The notes beneath the pieces are model-generated. The model saw nothing but the letters and a program-made list of their open reading frames with translations. It ran no database searches and was not told the DNA's origin. 64,000 nt of DNA from Octopus vulgaris (Eukaryota), in assembly GCA_951406725.2 (NCBI GenBank), contig OX597832.1, forward strand, positions 43,834,001-43,898,000. Direction: 5' to 3'. Within the stretch, counting starts at the first letter, position 1, and each line of letters begins with the position of its first letter. The translations under genes were made by a program, and so were the position numbers. Below are positions 28,336 to 40,769 of this stretch, in pieces.

Positions 28336-28489
28336 CTTTTAAGGACAAGGAGAGCAGTCTGAATATATAAAATTGATAGATAGATATTGAATATATATGC
28401 TCATAAACCTATATTATTCAATACACAAATGCATATGTATGTATTGAATAATTCATACATATATACACACACACACACATACATACATG

Positions 28490-28595
28490 CGTGTGTGTCC
28501 GTCCTGAATTGTATAAATGTATCTATAGAGATATATCTGTATATATTTGTAAGTATGAATCTAAAATATGTGTGTAGATGTATGAGTGTTTATGC

Positions 28596-28636
<41 letters not shown>

Positions 28637-29180
28637 TAGATAGATAGATATAGATATAAATATATAGATATACATACATACATTCACATACATACATGCT
28701 TGTGTGTGTGTATGTATATATATATATACATGCACAAACACTCCTACATGTACACACATATTTTAGATTCATACTTACAAATATATACAGATATATCTCT
28801 ATAGATACATTTATACAATTCAGGACACATAGACACACGCACACATGCATATATATATATATATGTGTGTGTATGTGTGTATATAAATATATATACATAC
28901 ATACATGCATAAACGCTCCTACATGTACACACATATTTTAGATTCATACTTACAAATATATACAGATATATCTCTATAGATACATTTATACAATTCAGGA
29001 CACACAGACACACACACACACATGCATGTATATATATATGTGTGCATATATACACACACACACACAAATGCTCATACATGTTCACACATATTTTAGATTC
29101 ATACTTACAAATATATACAGATATATCTCTATAGATACATTTATACAATTCAGGACACACAGACACACACACACGCATGC
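28490..29180. repeat. ~95-bp unit: one forward and three inverted copies
   Basis: GTCCTGAATTGTATAAATGTATCTATAGAGATATATCTG at 28501, with reverse complements ending near 28825, 29002 and 29156. Confidence 0.85.
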
Positions 29181-29561
29181 ATATATATATATATATATAT
29201 ATATGTCTGTGTGTGTGTGTATATATATATACACACACACACACATAACCATACATTTATATATACATCTGGCAGTCTTCCCACAACCCACCTTATCTTA
29301 AACTAGATATCTGCATCTCTATGAAAGGACTCTTGCATGACATTATTTCCTGCAAGTTTCAGATGACTTCCATTTCTTCTCCTTCTGCTGCACACACTGG
29401 TTCCCAATTCCTATCTTAGCCTTGGTACAGACAATTTCTCATCCTATTACAATATACCTGTGTTTTGTTCAATACTGCTATACCAAATCATCTCTTCTGT
29501 ACCTTTTGATAATAATTTCGCCTTAACCTCCGCTTTGATTATCTATATATTGATCTTCTAT

Positions 29562-29592
<31 letters not shown>

Positions 29593-29865
29593 CCTTTTTT
29601 TTTTTCATCTTTTCTCGTCTCCCACATTCACATAATGAGCTAAATTGATGGTTGCTTGTTCTTATCCATTGTTTATTCACTTATTCAGTATTATTTTGGT
29701 TTAAGGAGAAGACTAAGAATAGAAATGGGCTGTCGATAGTGTTGCTATGTTGTTTCATTTTTTTTTCCACCCACTTTTCTTTTTTTCTTTTTTTTTTTTA
29801 CTTCTTTCATTTGTTAACTCCCACATTTTCAAGATTCTGTGCCTAATAAATAAAATTACTATTAC

Positions 29866-29898
<33 letters not shown>

Positions 29899-30176
29899 CT
29901 GAGGTCGACTTTGCCTTTCATCCTTTCGTGGTCAATAAATTAAATACCAGTGAAATACTGGGGTCAAGGCAATTGGCTAGTCCCCTCCCCTAAAATTTCA
30001 GGCCCCTTGAACCTTTAGTAGAAAGGATTATTATTATTTTTTTTTTTTTTCTTCTTTCAAATTTGCTTCCATTTCTTGCCGAGTGTCTTCCCGACTCCTA
30101 GGGCAAAGAAACTCATAGTATACATTTAACTCCTCCAAAATTGCTGGCCTTGTGCCAAGATTTGAAGCCATCATCA

Positions 30177-30222
<46 letters not shown>

Positions 30223-30242
30223 CATTATTATTATTATTATTA

Positions 30243-30386
30243 TTCTATGTTTGACTTTTGCTTTACATTTGCACAAGCTGGCTCCAAGTCTCACCCAGAG
30301 ACCTCAAGAGATAACAAGCTGGAAGTTCATGTTGGTGTTATGCCTAGGATGCCATATATTTGGTTTTGTACTTAGTGTTGTACTAT
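30243..30386 (-). mobile_element. Short retroelement 3' end inserted in (TAA)n
   Basis: The same sequence occurs at 55733-55895 (-) and 57185-57353 (+). Its 3' end always runs into (AAT)n. Confidence 0.75.
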
Positions 30387-30388
30387 TA

Positions 30389-30446
<58 letters not shown>

Positions 30447-31151
30447 CATTATTATTATCATCATCATTATTATTATTATTATTGGAATATCAAAGAAAAT
30501 GCCTCCTGGTATATGTCCTGGCACTTTACACTCAGAGTTCAAATTCTGTCAAAGTAACTTTGCTTTCATCTTCTCTGAGTCAATAAAGTAAAGTACAAGT
30601 ACAAACCAGTCAAATACTTTGAATCAATTGTATTGACTAACTACTCCCCTTACCCCATCAACATCACTGGCCTTGTGCCTAAATTACAAACAATCATCGT
30701 CATCATCATCATCATTATTATTATAATCTGTATGTTTGATGCAATCAGTTGCTGGGACACACGAAGCATCCTAGGGCAAGTGAAGGTTAAGAGATGTTGG
30801 AATAGAACTGAAAGCTTAGGGAGGAGAAGCGAGGAGGGCAGTACAGAAATACATTTGAATAATTTTGCATAATTTTGGATTTCTTGGACTGTTATGATAT
30901 ATATCTATATCTATATATATATATGTGTATATGTATATGTATATATATATATTCATAGATAGATAGACATGTACACACACACAACAAGCGTCTTTCAGTT
31001 TCCATCTATCAATTCTACTGCAAGGTGTTGGTCAGCCCAGAGCTGTAGTAGAAGACACTTGCTCAAGATGTCACATAGTAGGACTGAACCTGAGACTGTG
31101 TGGTTGGGAAGAAAACTTCTTACTACAGAACCATACCTACACCCAGATTAA

Positions 31152-31562
31152 GGTGGCGAGATGGCAGAATCGTTAGCAAGCTGGGCAAAATGCTTAGCGG
31201 TATTTCATCTGCCGCTACGTTCTGAGTTCAAATTCCAGTGAGGTCGACTTTACCTTTCATCCTTTCGGGGTCGATAAATAAAGTACCAGTTACGCACTGG
31301 AGTTGATATAACCGACTTCCATTTGTCTGTCCTTGTTTGTCCCCTCTGTGTGTAGCCCTTGTGGGCAGTAAAGAAATAGGTATTTCGTCTGCCGTTACGT
31401 TCTGAGTTCAAATTCCATCGAGGTCGACTTTGCCTTTCATCCTTTCGGGGTCAATAAATAAGTACCAGTTACGCACTGGGGTTGATGCAATTGACTTAAT
31501 CCCTTTTTCTGTCATTGTTTGTCCCCTCTATGTCTAGCTCCTTGTGGGCAATAAAGAAATAA
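31152..31562 (+). mobile_element. SINE family B, 2 units
   Basis: Imperfect TSD AGAACCATACCTACACCCAGAT / AGAACCATATCTACACCAAGAT. Confidence 0.9.
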
Positions 31563-31641
31563 GAACCATATCTACACCAAGATGTTTGTGAGGATGTTGA
31601 AGGTTGCTTTGGCTCTGCCCACTGAGGTTATAACATCTCTC

Positions 31642-31685
<44 letters not shown>

Positions 31686-32029
31686 ACCCTGTTTATCAAT
31701 TATGCTGCAAAAGTAGGGGAGAAAAGGAAAGAGAGAGAGAGAGAGAGAAGGGGGGCATTCAGTACCTGACTTATTCTATTTTGTAAATCCTGAAAGAATA
31801 AAAGGTGAACTTGACTTCAACAAAGATTGAACACAAAATGCAAATATCCACAACAAACACCAATATTTGCAAACTGTTTATCCAATGTCGCCAATCAACC
31901 GAACTTTTGCCGGAATAAATTTAGTAATTTATGCATGAAGAAAATTACACATGACATCATAAACTATTTGGATATATCAATTGTATGTAATTCTATATTA
32001 ATGTTTTCTCAGAGCGTTATAACCCCAAA

Positions 32030-32400
32030 ATAGAGCAAAGCCAGAAATATATTCTTATAAAGATTTAATTGGTATGAAAGTCCAACTGTCTCTCGACACA
32101 AATATCAAGGTAAAAATTTATATATCCTTGAAAAGATCAATATTATTTTATGGACATCGATCTTGGCACAGCACCAGTACACCTGATGCTAAATTTCTAG
32201 TCTTTTGAGCACAGAGAATTACAGAGGATATTAGGAAGAAGGTGTGGCAGGATCGTGTGACTAACAAGGAGACAGGGCAAGATTGTTGATGTAAAAACCA
32301 GAGGATGAGTTTATAAGGCAATGGTTGGGTCGTGTCTATAATAGATGAGATGGAAGTTTTCTTTGGAGTGTGTCAGTTGGCCAGTTGGATTGCAGAATGT
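32030..32400 (+). mobile_element. Old RTE LINE fragment
   Basis: NIKVKIYISLKRSILFYGHRSWHST...KFLVF/HRELQRILG/VWQDRVTNKE. Confidence 0.7.
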
Positions 32401-32423
32401 AGAAGAGAGAGAGGGGGGGAAAA

Positions 32424-32454
<31 letters not shown>

Positions 32455-32650
32455 TATAGATGGATAGACAGACAGACAGATAGATAGACAAATAAGTAGA
32501 CAGATAGATAGACAGACAGATAGAAGGCAGATAGACAGATATAGACAAACAGATAGACAAACAGATAGATAGACAGATAGACAGACATTCAGATAGATAG
32601 ACAGATAGATAGACAGACAGATAGATAGACAGACAGAAAGACAGACGGAC

Positions 32651-32685
<35 letters not shown>

Positions 32686-32984
32686 CAGATAGATAGAGAA
32701 GACAGACAGATAAACCCACATAGTATACATATAAACAAGTCAAATTTACCGATCTCTCTGTAGACTGAAAAAATTGATGAAGAGTCCTCATTGATTTTCA
32801 ACCCTTACTGGGCTCTTCTTATCTGAGGTGTCTACATCACCTGACCAATCCCAGAGAAACAAGCCACCATTCTGTTTGTATATACACATCGAATCTAGTA
32901 GCTTCAGAGAACTGGAGCTACTAATTTGTATACCCTTATTAACACTTTGTTTAATATCAGTGTGTGTGTGTATGTATATGTATA

Positions 32985-33035
<51 letters not shown>

Positions 33036-33177
33036 ACACAAGAACTCGGAGTTTCTACCCTTGACAGGTCACTTCAACCACTGTTTTCTGACGTGAATTT
33101 GCTACCCAGGTATCGGTTAAACGAATTTTCCATGCTAGGATAATTCATTCACCTACTTATATATATATATATATATA

Positions 33178-33357
33178 TTTTTTCTCTCCTTTTTTCTCTC
33201 CTTGTTCCTCTCCTTGTTTTTTCAGTGTCCCTTTCTGTAGAAGAGCGTAGGCTCGAAATGTAAAAGACTTTTTCTATTCCTGAGCATTATACTAACACGT
33301 CTGTTTGTTTTGTACACCACCTGTCTTCGTCTTTTGTTTTTTTCGTAAACTCTCCCT
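33178..33357 (+). mobile_element. Penelope-like pseudo-LTR with a variant hammerhead (33231-33266) between (TA)n tracts
   Basis: CTTT-CTGTAGA-A-GAGC GTAG GCTC-GAAA-TG-TA-AAAG. An inverted copy is at 54318-54500. Confidence 0.65.
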
Positions 33358-33700
33358 ATATATATATATATAATCAATAACAATAAAGGGTAAAAAAAAT
33401 TAATTAATTAATTAATTAATAATTAATAATTTTACCAACTAGCTCGGTATGTTAAAAGAACCATTATCAGTAAACTTATACAAAAATTTTATAATTATGA
33501 GTATAATTATAATTAGGGTTCGGTAAAATTTGCTTCACCATACACCGAAATTTTAGAAATAGCAGTTAAAAACTACTATTTCACTACTACAAGAAAACCT
33601 CCCAGACAGTAATGCAGAACAACTCACGCAGGTCAAGAGAAAAAAATAATGAATCCACCCAGCTTTGATTAACTCAAAGACGGGTGGATTTGAGTGGATT

Positions 33701-33970
33701 TGTTTCTGGGATATTTTATATATCCCTTCATCAGAGATGGTGCGAGAAAATGGTTAAGCAATAGTTATTCTAGAAAAGATGTGAAATAGAGAGTGAAGTG
33801 GAGGAATGAAAACAGACGTGAGATATGCAGGGATATTGCATCTGCAGTTCCATTATTTAAGCAGAATGGTACACATGAAGGGATATATAAAATATCCCGG
33901 AAACAGCTGTAAGACCTTTTTCTAAATGTTCTGAAATCTTTCACAGCCTTGGATTTTTATCACATTCTGT
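33701..33970. mobile_element. Inverted pair of partial hammerhead-bearing pseudo-LTRs
   Basis: Minus 33736-33701 reads CT-CTGATGA-A-GGGATAT ATAAA ATATCCC-A-GAAACA. Plus 33875-33915 reads ATGA-A-GGGATAT ATAAA ATATCCC-G-GAAA-CAGCTG-TA-AGAC. Confidence 0.7.
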
Positions 33971-33986
33971 TAAATTTTATATATAT

Positions 33987-34387
33987 GCAGGAGTGGCTGT
34001 GTGGTAAGTAGCTTGCTTACCAACCACATGGTTCCGGGTTCAGTCCCACTGCGTGGCATCTTGGGCAAGTGTCTTCTACTATAGCCCCGGGCCGACCAAT
34101 GCCTTGTGAGTGGATTTGGTAGACGGAAACTGAAAGAAGCCTGTTGTATATATGTATATGTATATATGTGTGTTTGTGTGTCTGTGTTTGTCCCCCTAGC
34201 ATTGCTTGACAACCGATGCTGGTGTGTTTACGTCCCCGTTACTTAGCGGTTCGGCAAAAGAGACCGATAGAATAAGTACTGGGCTTACAAAGAATAAGTC
34301 CCGGGGTCGATTTGCTCGACTAAAGGTGGTGCTCCAGCATGGCCACAGTCAAATGACTGAAACAAGTAAAAGAGAGTAAAAAAGAGT
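33987..34387 (+). mobile_element. SINE family A
   Basis: Full-length match. Confidence 0.9.
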
Positions 34388-34539
34388 ATGCATGCTAATA
34401 TATGACCTACGTTGGACTCCTCATTCGCATAATCACCGAACCTGGAAGCTTAACTCTGGTCTGTGCATAGCACTTACTCAGCATTACCTGACACCTTTGG
34501 GTCTTATTGATACCATTACCTCTCATAACCTCAATATAT

Positions 34540-34858
34540 ATATAATCAAAATAAGCAACAAGGATATCCAAGGTAGAGTAGTACAATCGTTTCATGCTAC
34601 TTCATTTTATTAAACAATGTAAGTGTTACATCAGTTTTAAAATGTCGAGAATTTTTTAATTAAACGGACAATGCACATTTTTATACTTATTTCATTTGCC
34701 AACATTACAAAGAGAGTAGATATATAGACCTTGGACATCCTTGTTGCTTATTTTGATTATAATCACCCCATTTGATTTATATGGATAATACCATACCAAA
34801 TTCTGGTGCCTTTAACTTAAGTACCATATTCATCTGAATCTAAATTTTGCTGAACTTA
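34540..34858. mobile_element. Fold-back element at (TA)n, probable Penelope-like remnant
   Basis: Inverted arms at 34540-34573 / 34728-34761. The minus-strand GAAACGATTGTA resembles a hammerhead 3' core, but the 5' core is degenerate. Confidence 0.45.
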
Positions 34859-35193
34859 TATATATATATATACATTTATACACACACAAAAAAAATGCAT
34901 ACACATGCATATACATATACAAGCATAACTTAGTCAGTAGACAAAGTAAAGTAACTTATGACACTTTTTAGGGACTCTGGGGCTGGTTGGAAGATGAGTA
35001 TAAGTTACCCTCTGACCAGAAGCCAAACCTGAATGCTTGCCACAGAGTATAACCCTACTGAAGGTACCCAAGAGTGATGTGGTGGTGTTAAGCAAGACAA
35101 TGGATAAAAATCCATGCAAGAAACATATGTTGGATCCATCTGAAAGTAGACATGATTTCAAGGTGGAAAAGTCAGAAATACTATTGTACTTAC

Positions 35194-35342
35194 GGACTGA
35201 AATCTAACGCTGGAAGTTTGGATGGAATGTCAGAATCCATGTAGACCTCAGAAGAGAGAAGTGGAAGCCTATCTGGAGTTGGGTATTTATCCTTGTTTGC
35301 AAGGGTTTCATCATATAAATCTCTTACTTTGTCTGCCAGCCT
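35194..35342 (-). CDS. Next exon (149 bp, phase 0/2) of the same CACHD1/alpha2delta-like gene
   Basis: The acceptor is TTTTTGTTTGTTTTCTTTACAG and the donor is CC|GTAAGT. It encodes RLADKVRDLYDETLANKDKYPTPDRLPLLSSEVYMDSDIPSKLPALDFS(P) and its phase matches the upstream exon. I could not recognise the preceding or following exons in the window. Confidence 0.8.
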
Positions 35343-35816
35343 CTGTAAAGAAAACAAACAAAAATGATAAACAATAGCACTCAGAGAGCACAAACCTCTG
35401 CCAAGGCAATCCCAACGTCCTCTCATCGATTAGCCAGAAATGGTTTTTAAAATGAGAATATCTGAGATAAATTCGACTGTTCTCACATACGAGAATACTA
35501 AAAATGAACCTGACCACTCTCAAAAATTAAGTAAAAAAATTAGAAAAATAATCCTTGTTTGCAAGGGTTTCATCATATAAATCTCTTACTTTGTCTGCCA
35601 GCCTCTGTAAATAAAACAAACAAAAATCATAAACAATAGCACTCAGAGAGCACAAACCTCTGTCAAGGCAACACCAACGTCCTCTCAACGATTAGCCAGA
35701 AATGGTTTTTAAAATGAGAATATCTGAGATAAATTCGACTGCTCTCACAAACGAGAATACTAAAAATGAACCAAACCACTCTCAAAAATTAAGTAAAAAA
35801 ACAAGAAAAATAATCC
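35289..35816. repeat. 262-bp tandem duplication containing the exon acceptor and first 54 nt of the exon
   Basis: ATCCTTGTTTGCAAGGG occurs at 35289 and 35551. The copies differ at several positions. Confidence 0.92.
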
Positions 35817-36334
35817 AGAATCCTTGTCTGGTACCGGATCGATCCCAAAATCTAATCAGTTTGTGTCAATCACGAGGCCAAACATTTCTGAAAGTTTCAT
35901 CTGAATCCATCCATTGGTTCTTGAGATATCTTGTCCATGGACAAACAAATAAACAAATATGACTGAAAACAATACCTTCACCTTTGCTGATGCGGACCAT
36001 GAGTCAAGTAAAGAGAGGCAGTAATGATGGCAAAAATTATATGCCCTGTATATAGTATACAAAAGCAAAAGTATAGTACCGAGAGATGTGACAGGGTGAT
36101 GGTGTAGTAGGATGGTGGGGGTGGGTGCTACGCTAAGAGAAGTAAAGTTGAACTAGGAGGAAAGAATGAACAGGTAGAAGAAGTAGGAGGTGATACTTGG
36201 TGGGGAGGGTGTAGTGGTTTTTCGATGGGGACACCAATGGCTAAGGGTGAAAGACGGTAGAGTAGAGCAATGGAGAGAAAACCGTGGAGAACTAACAAAA
36301 TAGAAAATTGGAAAATGAGGAAAGAAAAATTAGA

Positions 36335-36625
36335 AAAAAAAATATTAAAAAATATCAAAAAGTTTTTTAAATTTTTTTAGATATTTTAAAAATATTTTAA
36401 AAAAATCAAACAGTTTAAAAAATTTTTTAAATATTTTAAAAAATATTTTAAAATATCAAAAAGTTAAAAAAATTTTTAAATATTTAAAAAAATATTAAAA
36501 AGTATCAAAAAGTTAAAAAAACTTTTTAACATTTTAAAAAATATTTAAAAAATATCAAAAAGTTATAAAAATTTTTTTTAAATATTCTAAAAAATATTAA
36601 AAAATATATTAAAATATTTTAAATT
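36335..36625. repeat. AT-rich minisatellite (~45-bp unit)
   Basis: AAAAATATTAAAAAATATCAAAAAGTT...AATTTTT recurs about 5-6 times. Confidence 0.8.
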
Positions 36626-36740
36626 ATATGAACAAGGTGTCACCCTGTCACATCTCTGTGTACCAGACCATGGCCATGTTGTCTGAGATACAGCAATATC
36701 TTTTACAAAAGCAAAAGTACAGAAAAGTGGATAGTGGCAT

Positions 36741-37140
36741 AGGTACAGGTGTAGCCGTGTGGGTAAGAAGCTTACTTCCCAACCACATGGTTTGGGGTTC
36801 AGTCCCACTGAGTGGCACCTTGGACAAGTATCTTCTAGAGCTTCAGGCTGGTCAAAGTCTTGTGAGTGGATTTGGTAGACGGAAACTGAAAGAAGCTCGT
36901 CATGTGTGTGCATGTGTGTGAGTGCATGTGTGTGTGTGTGTGTGTGCATGCGTGTCTTTGTGTCTGTGCTTGTCTCACACCACCTGACAACCGATGTTGG
37001 TGTTTTTACATCCCCATGACTTAGCGGTTCAGCAAAAGAGAAAAAAAAAAGCAAAAATGGTACCGGGGTCGATTCATTCAACTAAAAATTCTTCAAAGCA
37101 GTGCTCCAGCATGGTCAGACTAAAACAAGTAAAAGGTAAA
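36741..37140 (+). mobile_element. SINE family A (older copy)
   Basis: Diverged head, body and tail. Confidence 0.8.
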
Positions 37141-37173
37141 AAGAAGAAAGGGTGCATAAACACATCAGAAGTA

Positions 37174-37401
37174 ATACTCTTTACTCTTTACTCTTTACTC
37201 TTTTACTTGCTTCAGTCATTTGACTGTGGCCATGCTGGAGCACCGCCTTTAGTCGAGCAAATCAACCCCAGGACTTATTCTTTGTAAGCCCAGTACTTAT
37301 TCTATTGGTCTCTTTTGCCGAACCGCTAAGTGACGGGGACGTAAACACACCAGCATCGGTTGTCAAGCGATGCCGGGGGGGACAAACAGACACAGAAACA
37401 T

Positions 37402-37439
<38 letters not shown>

Positions 37440-37756
37440 CACCGTGATCACCATGACCGACCAGGCTATCAGATGTTGCTACACATCGCTGGTCACAATG
37501 CGGCTCGCATTGTTTTAGCCTTCAAATGACGCCACCCCGCTGGCTAAGCGAGCAGGCCAATATATATATATATATATATATATAATATAAATACGATGGG
37601 CTTCTTTCAGTTTCCATCTACCAAATCCACTCACAAGGCTTTGGTCGAACCGAGGCTATAGTAGAAGACACTTGCCCAAGGTGCCACGCAGTGGGACAGA
37701 ACCCGGGACCATGTGGTTGGTAAGCAAGCTACTTACCACACAGCCACTCCTGTGCC
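37174..37756 (-). mobile_element. SINE family A with a nested 120-bp retroposed fragment
   Basis: Inverted copy with a GC-rich insert at 37438-37560 inside its (TA)n. Confidence 0.88.
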
Positions 37757-38157
37757 TAATGTTGGTGAATTTGAAGAAGCGTAAAATCTTTGAAGGATGT
37801 ATAATGTCTTGACAGCAGCTAGTAACTGATGCAGGTTGTTTTATACCATGCTTCAACAATCCTGAACGTGAAAAATGTTTAAAAAATGATGACACTTGCT
37901 AGGAGGCAAAAAAAAAATTTTAAATAAAAGGAATTGATTAATAGCTAATGAGTTAGTTTGGCAACTAATTAATAAAATTTAGTACAGGAATTTGAACATT
38001 CTGTATAATCAGGTAATTGACTCAATTCTAGTTTGATATCAAAAGCTCAATCACAATTCATGTTATTGTTCACAAGTGATGTTACAGTGTGGGATAAATA
38101 GATAGTCACTGTTTGTTTATTTATTTACTATTCTGATAGCATTTATTTTTCTGATAT

Positions 38158-38525
38158 AGGTACAGGCTGTGTGGTAAGGTGTCTGCTTTCCAACCGCATG
38201 GTTCTAGGTTCGTTCCCACTGCATGGCACCTTGGGCAAGTACCTTTACTTAGACTTGGATGGACTAAAGCTTTGTGAGTGGATTTGGTAGAAGGAAACTG
38301 AAAGAAGCCCATTGAGCAAGTGTGTGTAGAAGCATTTATGATTGTGTCTCCTGTCTTTACATTGTATGAGAATTGTCAAATGATAGTAAGTGTCATACAA
38401 GCAGTGCTTTTCACTTCCAGTATTCTGTGAAAACATCTGGCCATAGGGAAATATTACCTTGCTTGGAAACAGGCAAAGGTCAGCCCATGGAAGCATAGAA
38501 AAGTGGTCGTTAAAATGATGATGAC
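38158..38525 (+). mobile_element. SINE family E
   Basis: Family-A head, then GTCATACAAGCAGTG...ATTACCTTGCTTGGAAACAG...GTCGTTAAAATGATGATG. Confidence 0.7.
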
Positions 38526-40129
38526 GACGATATTAGGTAAATACCATAATGAAATAAAATGCATGAAAATTGTCATTTCTTCTTCTGGCATGAGACTGTC
38601 TGGGCAAAAACAAAAACCAGTGTTTTTATATTTACCATATTTTAATGTGTACAAGGAACCCATTTTTGTCAAAAATTAGGTTAAAAAAATATGGGAGTTT
38701 CTTATACATGGAGGGTATTATAATCCCTTACAAAACCTTTTTTCCAAATTTTAAGCCTCACCAAATTAGGGGGTTCCTTATATGCATTAAAATACTGTAC
38801 ATTCTTGGTGAACATTATGTCCTCTCAAAGAAGTGGAAGAAAATACTCTTAACTTGTAAAATAGGAAAGGGCTAGTGAAGAATGAGTAGCTATCCAACCC
38901 ATGCCAGCATAAAAAAATGAACATAAAATGAACATGATATTAAATAAAATAAGTAAAGGAATGGTCCAAAACAGAGGGAAAACAAAAATTATATGAAATT
39001 TTATGAAAATGTGAAAAATATATATCTAAGAGAGTTGTAATTTTTTTTTAATAGTATTTGTGTTCTAGCAAATAATAAGACTATAAGAAAGAATTCAAGA
39101 GAAATTAATCTATAAAACACGCATAAACTTTCCCCAATTAGTGAAATAATTCTTTGAAGTGAGTAATAATCATTTAACTAATGAATTAAGCACTTTATCA
39201 TTAGTTTGATAGTTAAAAATGTTAAAGACATAACATATTTCATAATTCTCTTCTAATAAGATTTGAAATTGAAGAAGAAACTATTTTGAAATGAACAAAA
39301 AAAAAGAAAAAAAGAATTAGTTTAAATTGTACATCTTTTTTTTTTCTGAAAACTTGTGATACTGTCAGAAAATTATTGCAAGATGAAATAATATGGAAAA
39401 TGTTTTCATCAGATAATTAAATAAAGAATCTGTAGGATTAGTTTCAGTGAGGTTAGATTGCACATAAATTACAAAAAAAAAATAATTAATTTTTTTTTTT
39501 TACTAAAAGAACTATTTTTTTTTCCCTTTTTTCTTTCAGTCCTTTTCTTGTTTATTTTTTTTTTCAGAAGGTTAAAAGGTATTTCAAAAAGAAATATCGG
39601 ACATATCAATTATTATTTTTTCAAATAAATTATTTGTGCTATTTTGTAAAATACCTCTAAACAGTTGATTTGTATTCAGCCTATTTATGTTCCAAGCTAT
39701 TGATCAACATATATCAATACACAAATCAATATATAATCTGATTATAGTGAAATTGATTTCTGCTCTCAACTCCAAATTATGGCTTCCAATGCTTCGTAAA
39801 GCCAATGTCAGCATCGAAACGTTACTTTAGAAGTTTCCTCCTACCATCAGGAATCTTCTTTGCAGCTATAGAGCAGACTAACACAATAGATAGATATCTA
39901 ATTTCCTCTCCATTAACTAAATATTTTCCTGTTTCCATTCTTAAGGTTTTCACTCGAGTAATATTATCAAAAGTTCTTTTTTTAGTGTACCATTATCATT
40001 ATCGTTATTATTGCAGTTGTTGTTCTTGTCGACGATGGTGGTAGTGACGACGACAACGAGGGCTGATTATGATAGCGGCAGTGATGATGATGATGATGAT
40101 GATGATGAAAGTAGTCATGGTTGTGGAAG

Positions 40130-40160
<31 letters not shown>

Positions 40161-40692
40161 AGTAGTCATGGTTGTGGAAGTGATGATGATGATGATGATG
40201 ATAAAAGTAGTCATGGTAGTGGAAGTGATGATGATGATGATGATGATGATGATGTTTTAATGGTGGGGAGCAGACATAAAGGTCCCACAAAAACTAAGAC
40301 AGCAATCCCATCTCGATCGACTCCCAGATGCTTCTATTTCATTTCATTTCATTTGCACTGCCGTTAATGTCCTTGAGAAAGAGACTTGCATAACACAATT
40401 CTCATCTTGTGCTTCTTTCTGTAAGAAACCCTTTTAAATGTTGCAAATACAGCAAGTTGAATAGACCATTGAAAGCCATCTAATTTTATGCTTCTTATCT
40501 CGCTTTAAATTTGAGGCCTTTGTACCAATGTAAGAAATCGTTTACAAGTTGTCAATACAGAACATAATTGAACATAAACCTCTTTTCAGTTTATATTTGA
40601 AACCATCAAATTTATTCTATGCTCCTTAGTTATGATAATCAAGCAATTCAGAGTAGTGTGAACATCACACATACCTTACCTACAAAAATCTT

Positions 40693-40767
<75 letters not shown>

Positions 40768-40769
<2 letters not shown>

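Noticed and set aside
39790-39950. Minus-strand RT remnant (LVNGEEIRYL...IVLV)
   Set aside because: The catalytic ADD motif is missing and the similarity is too weak to call.
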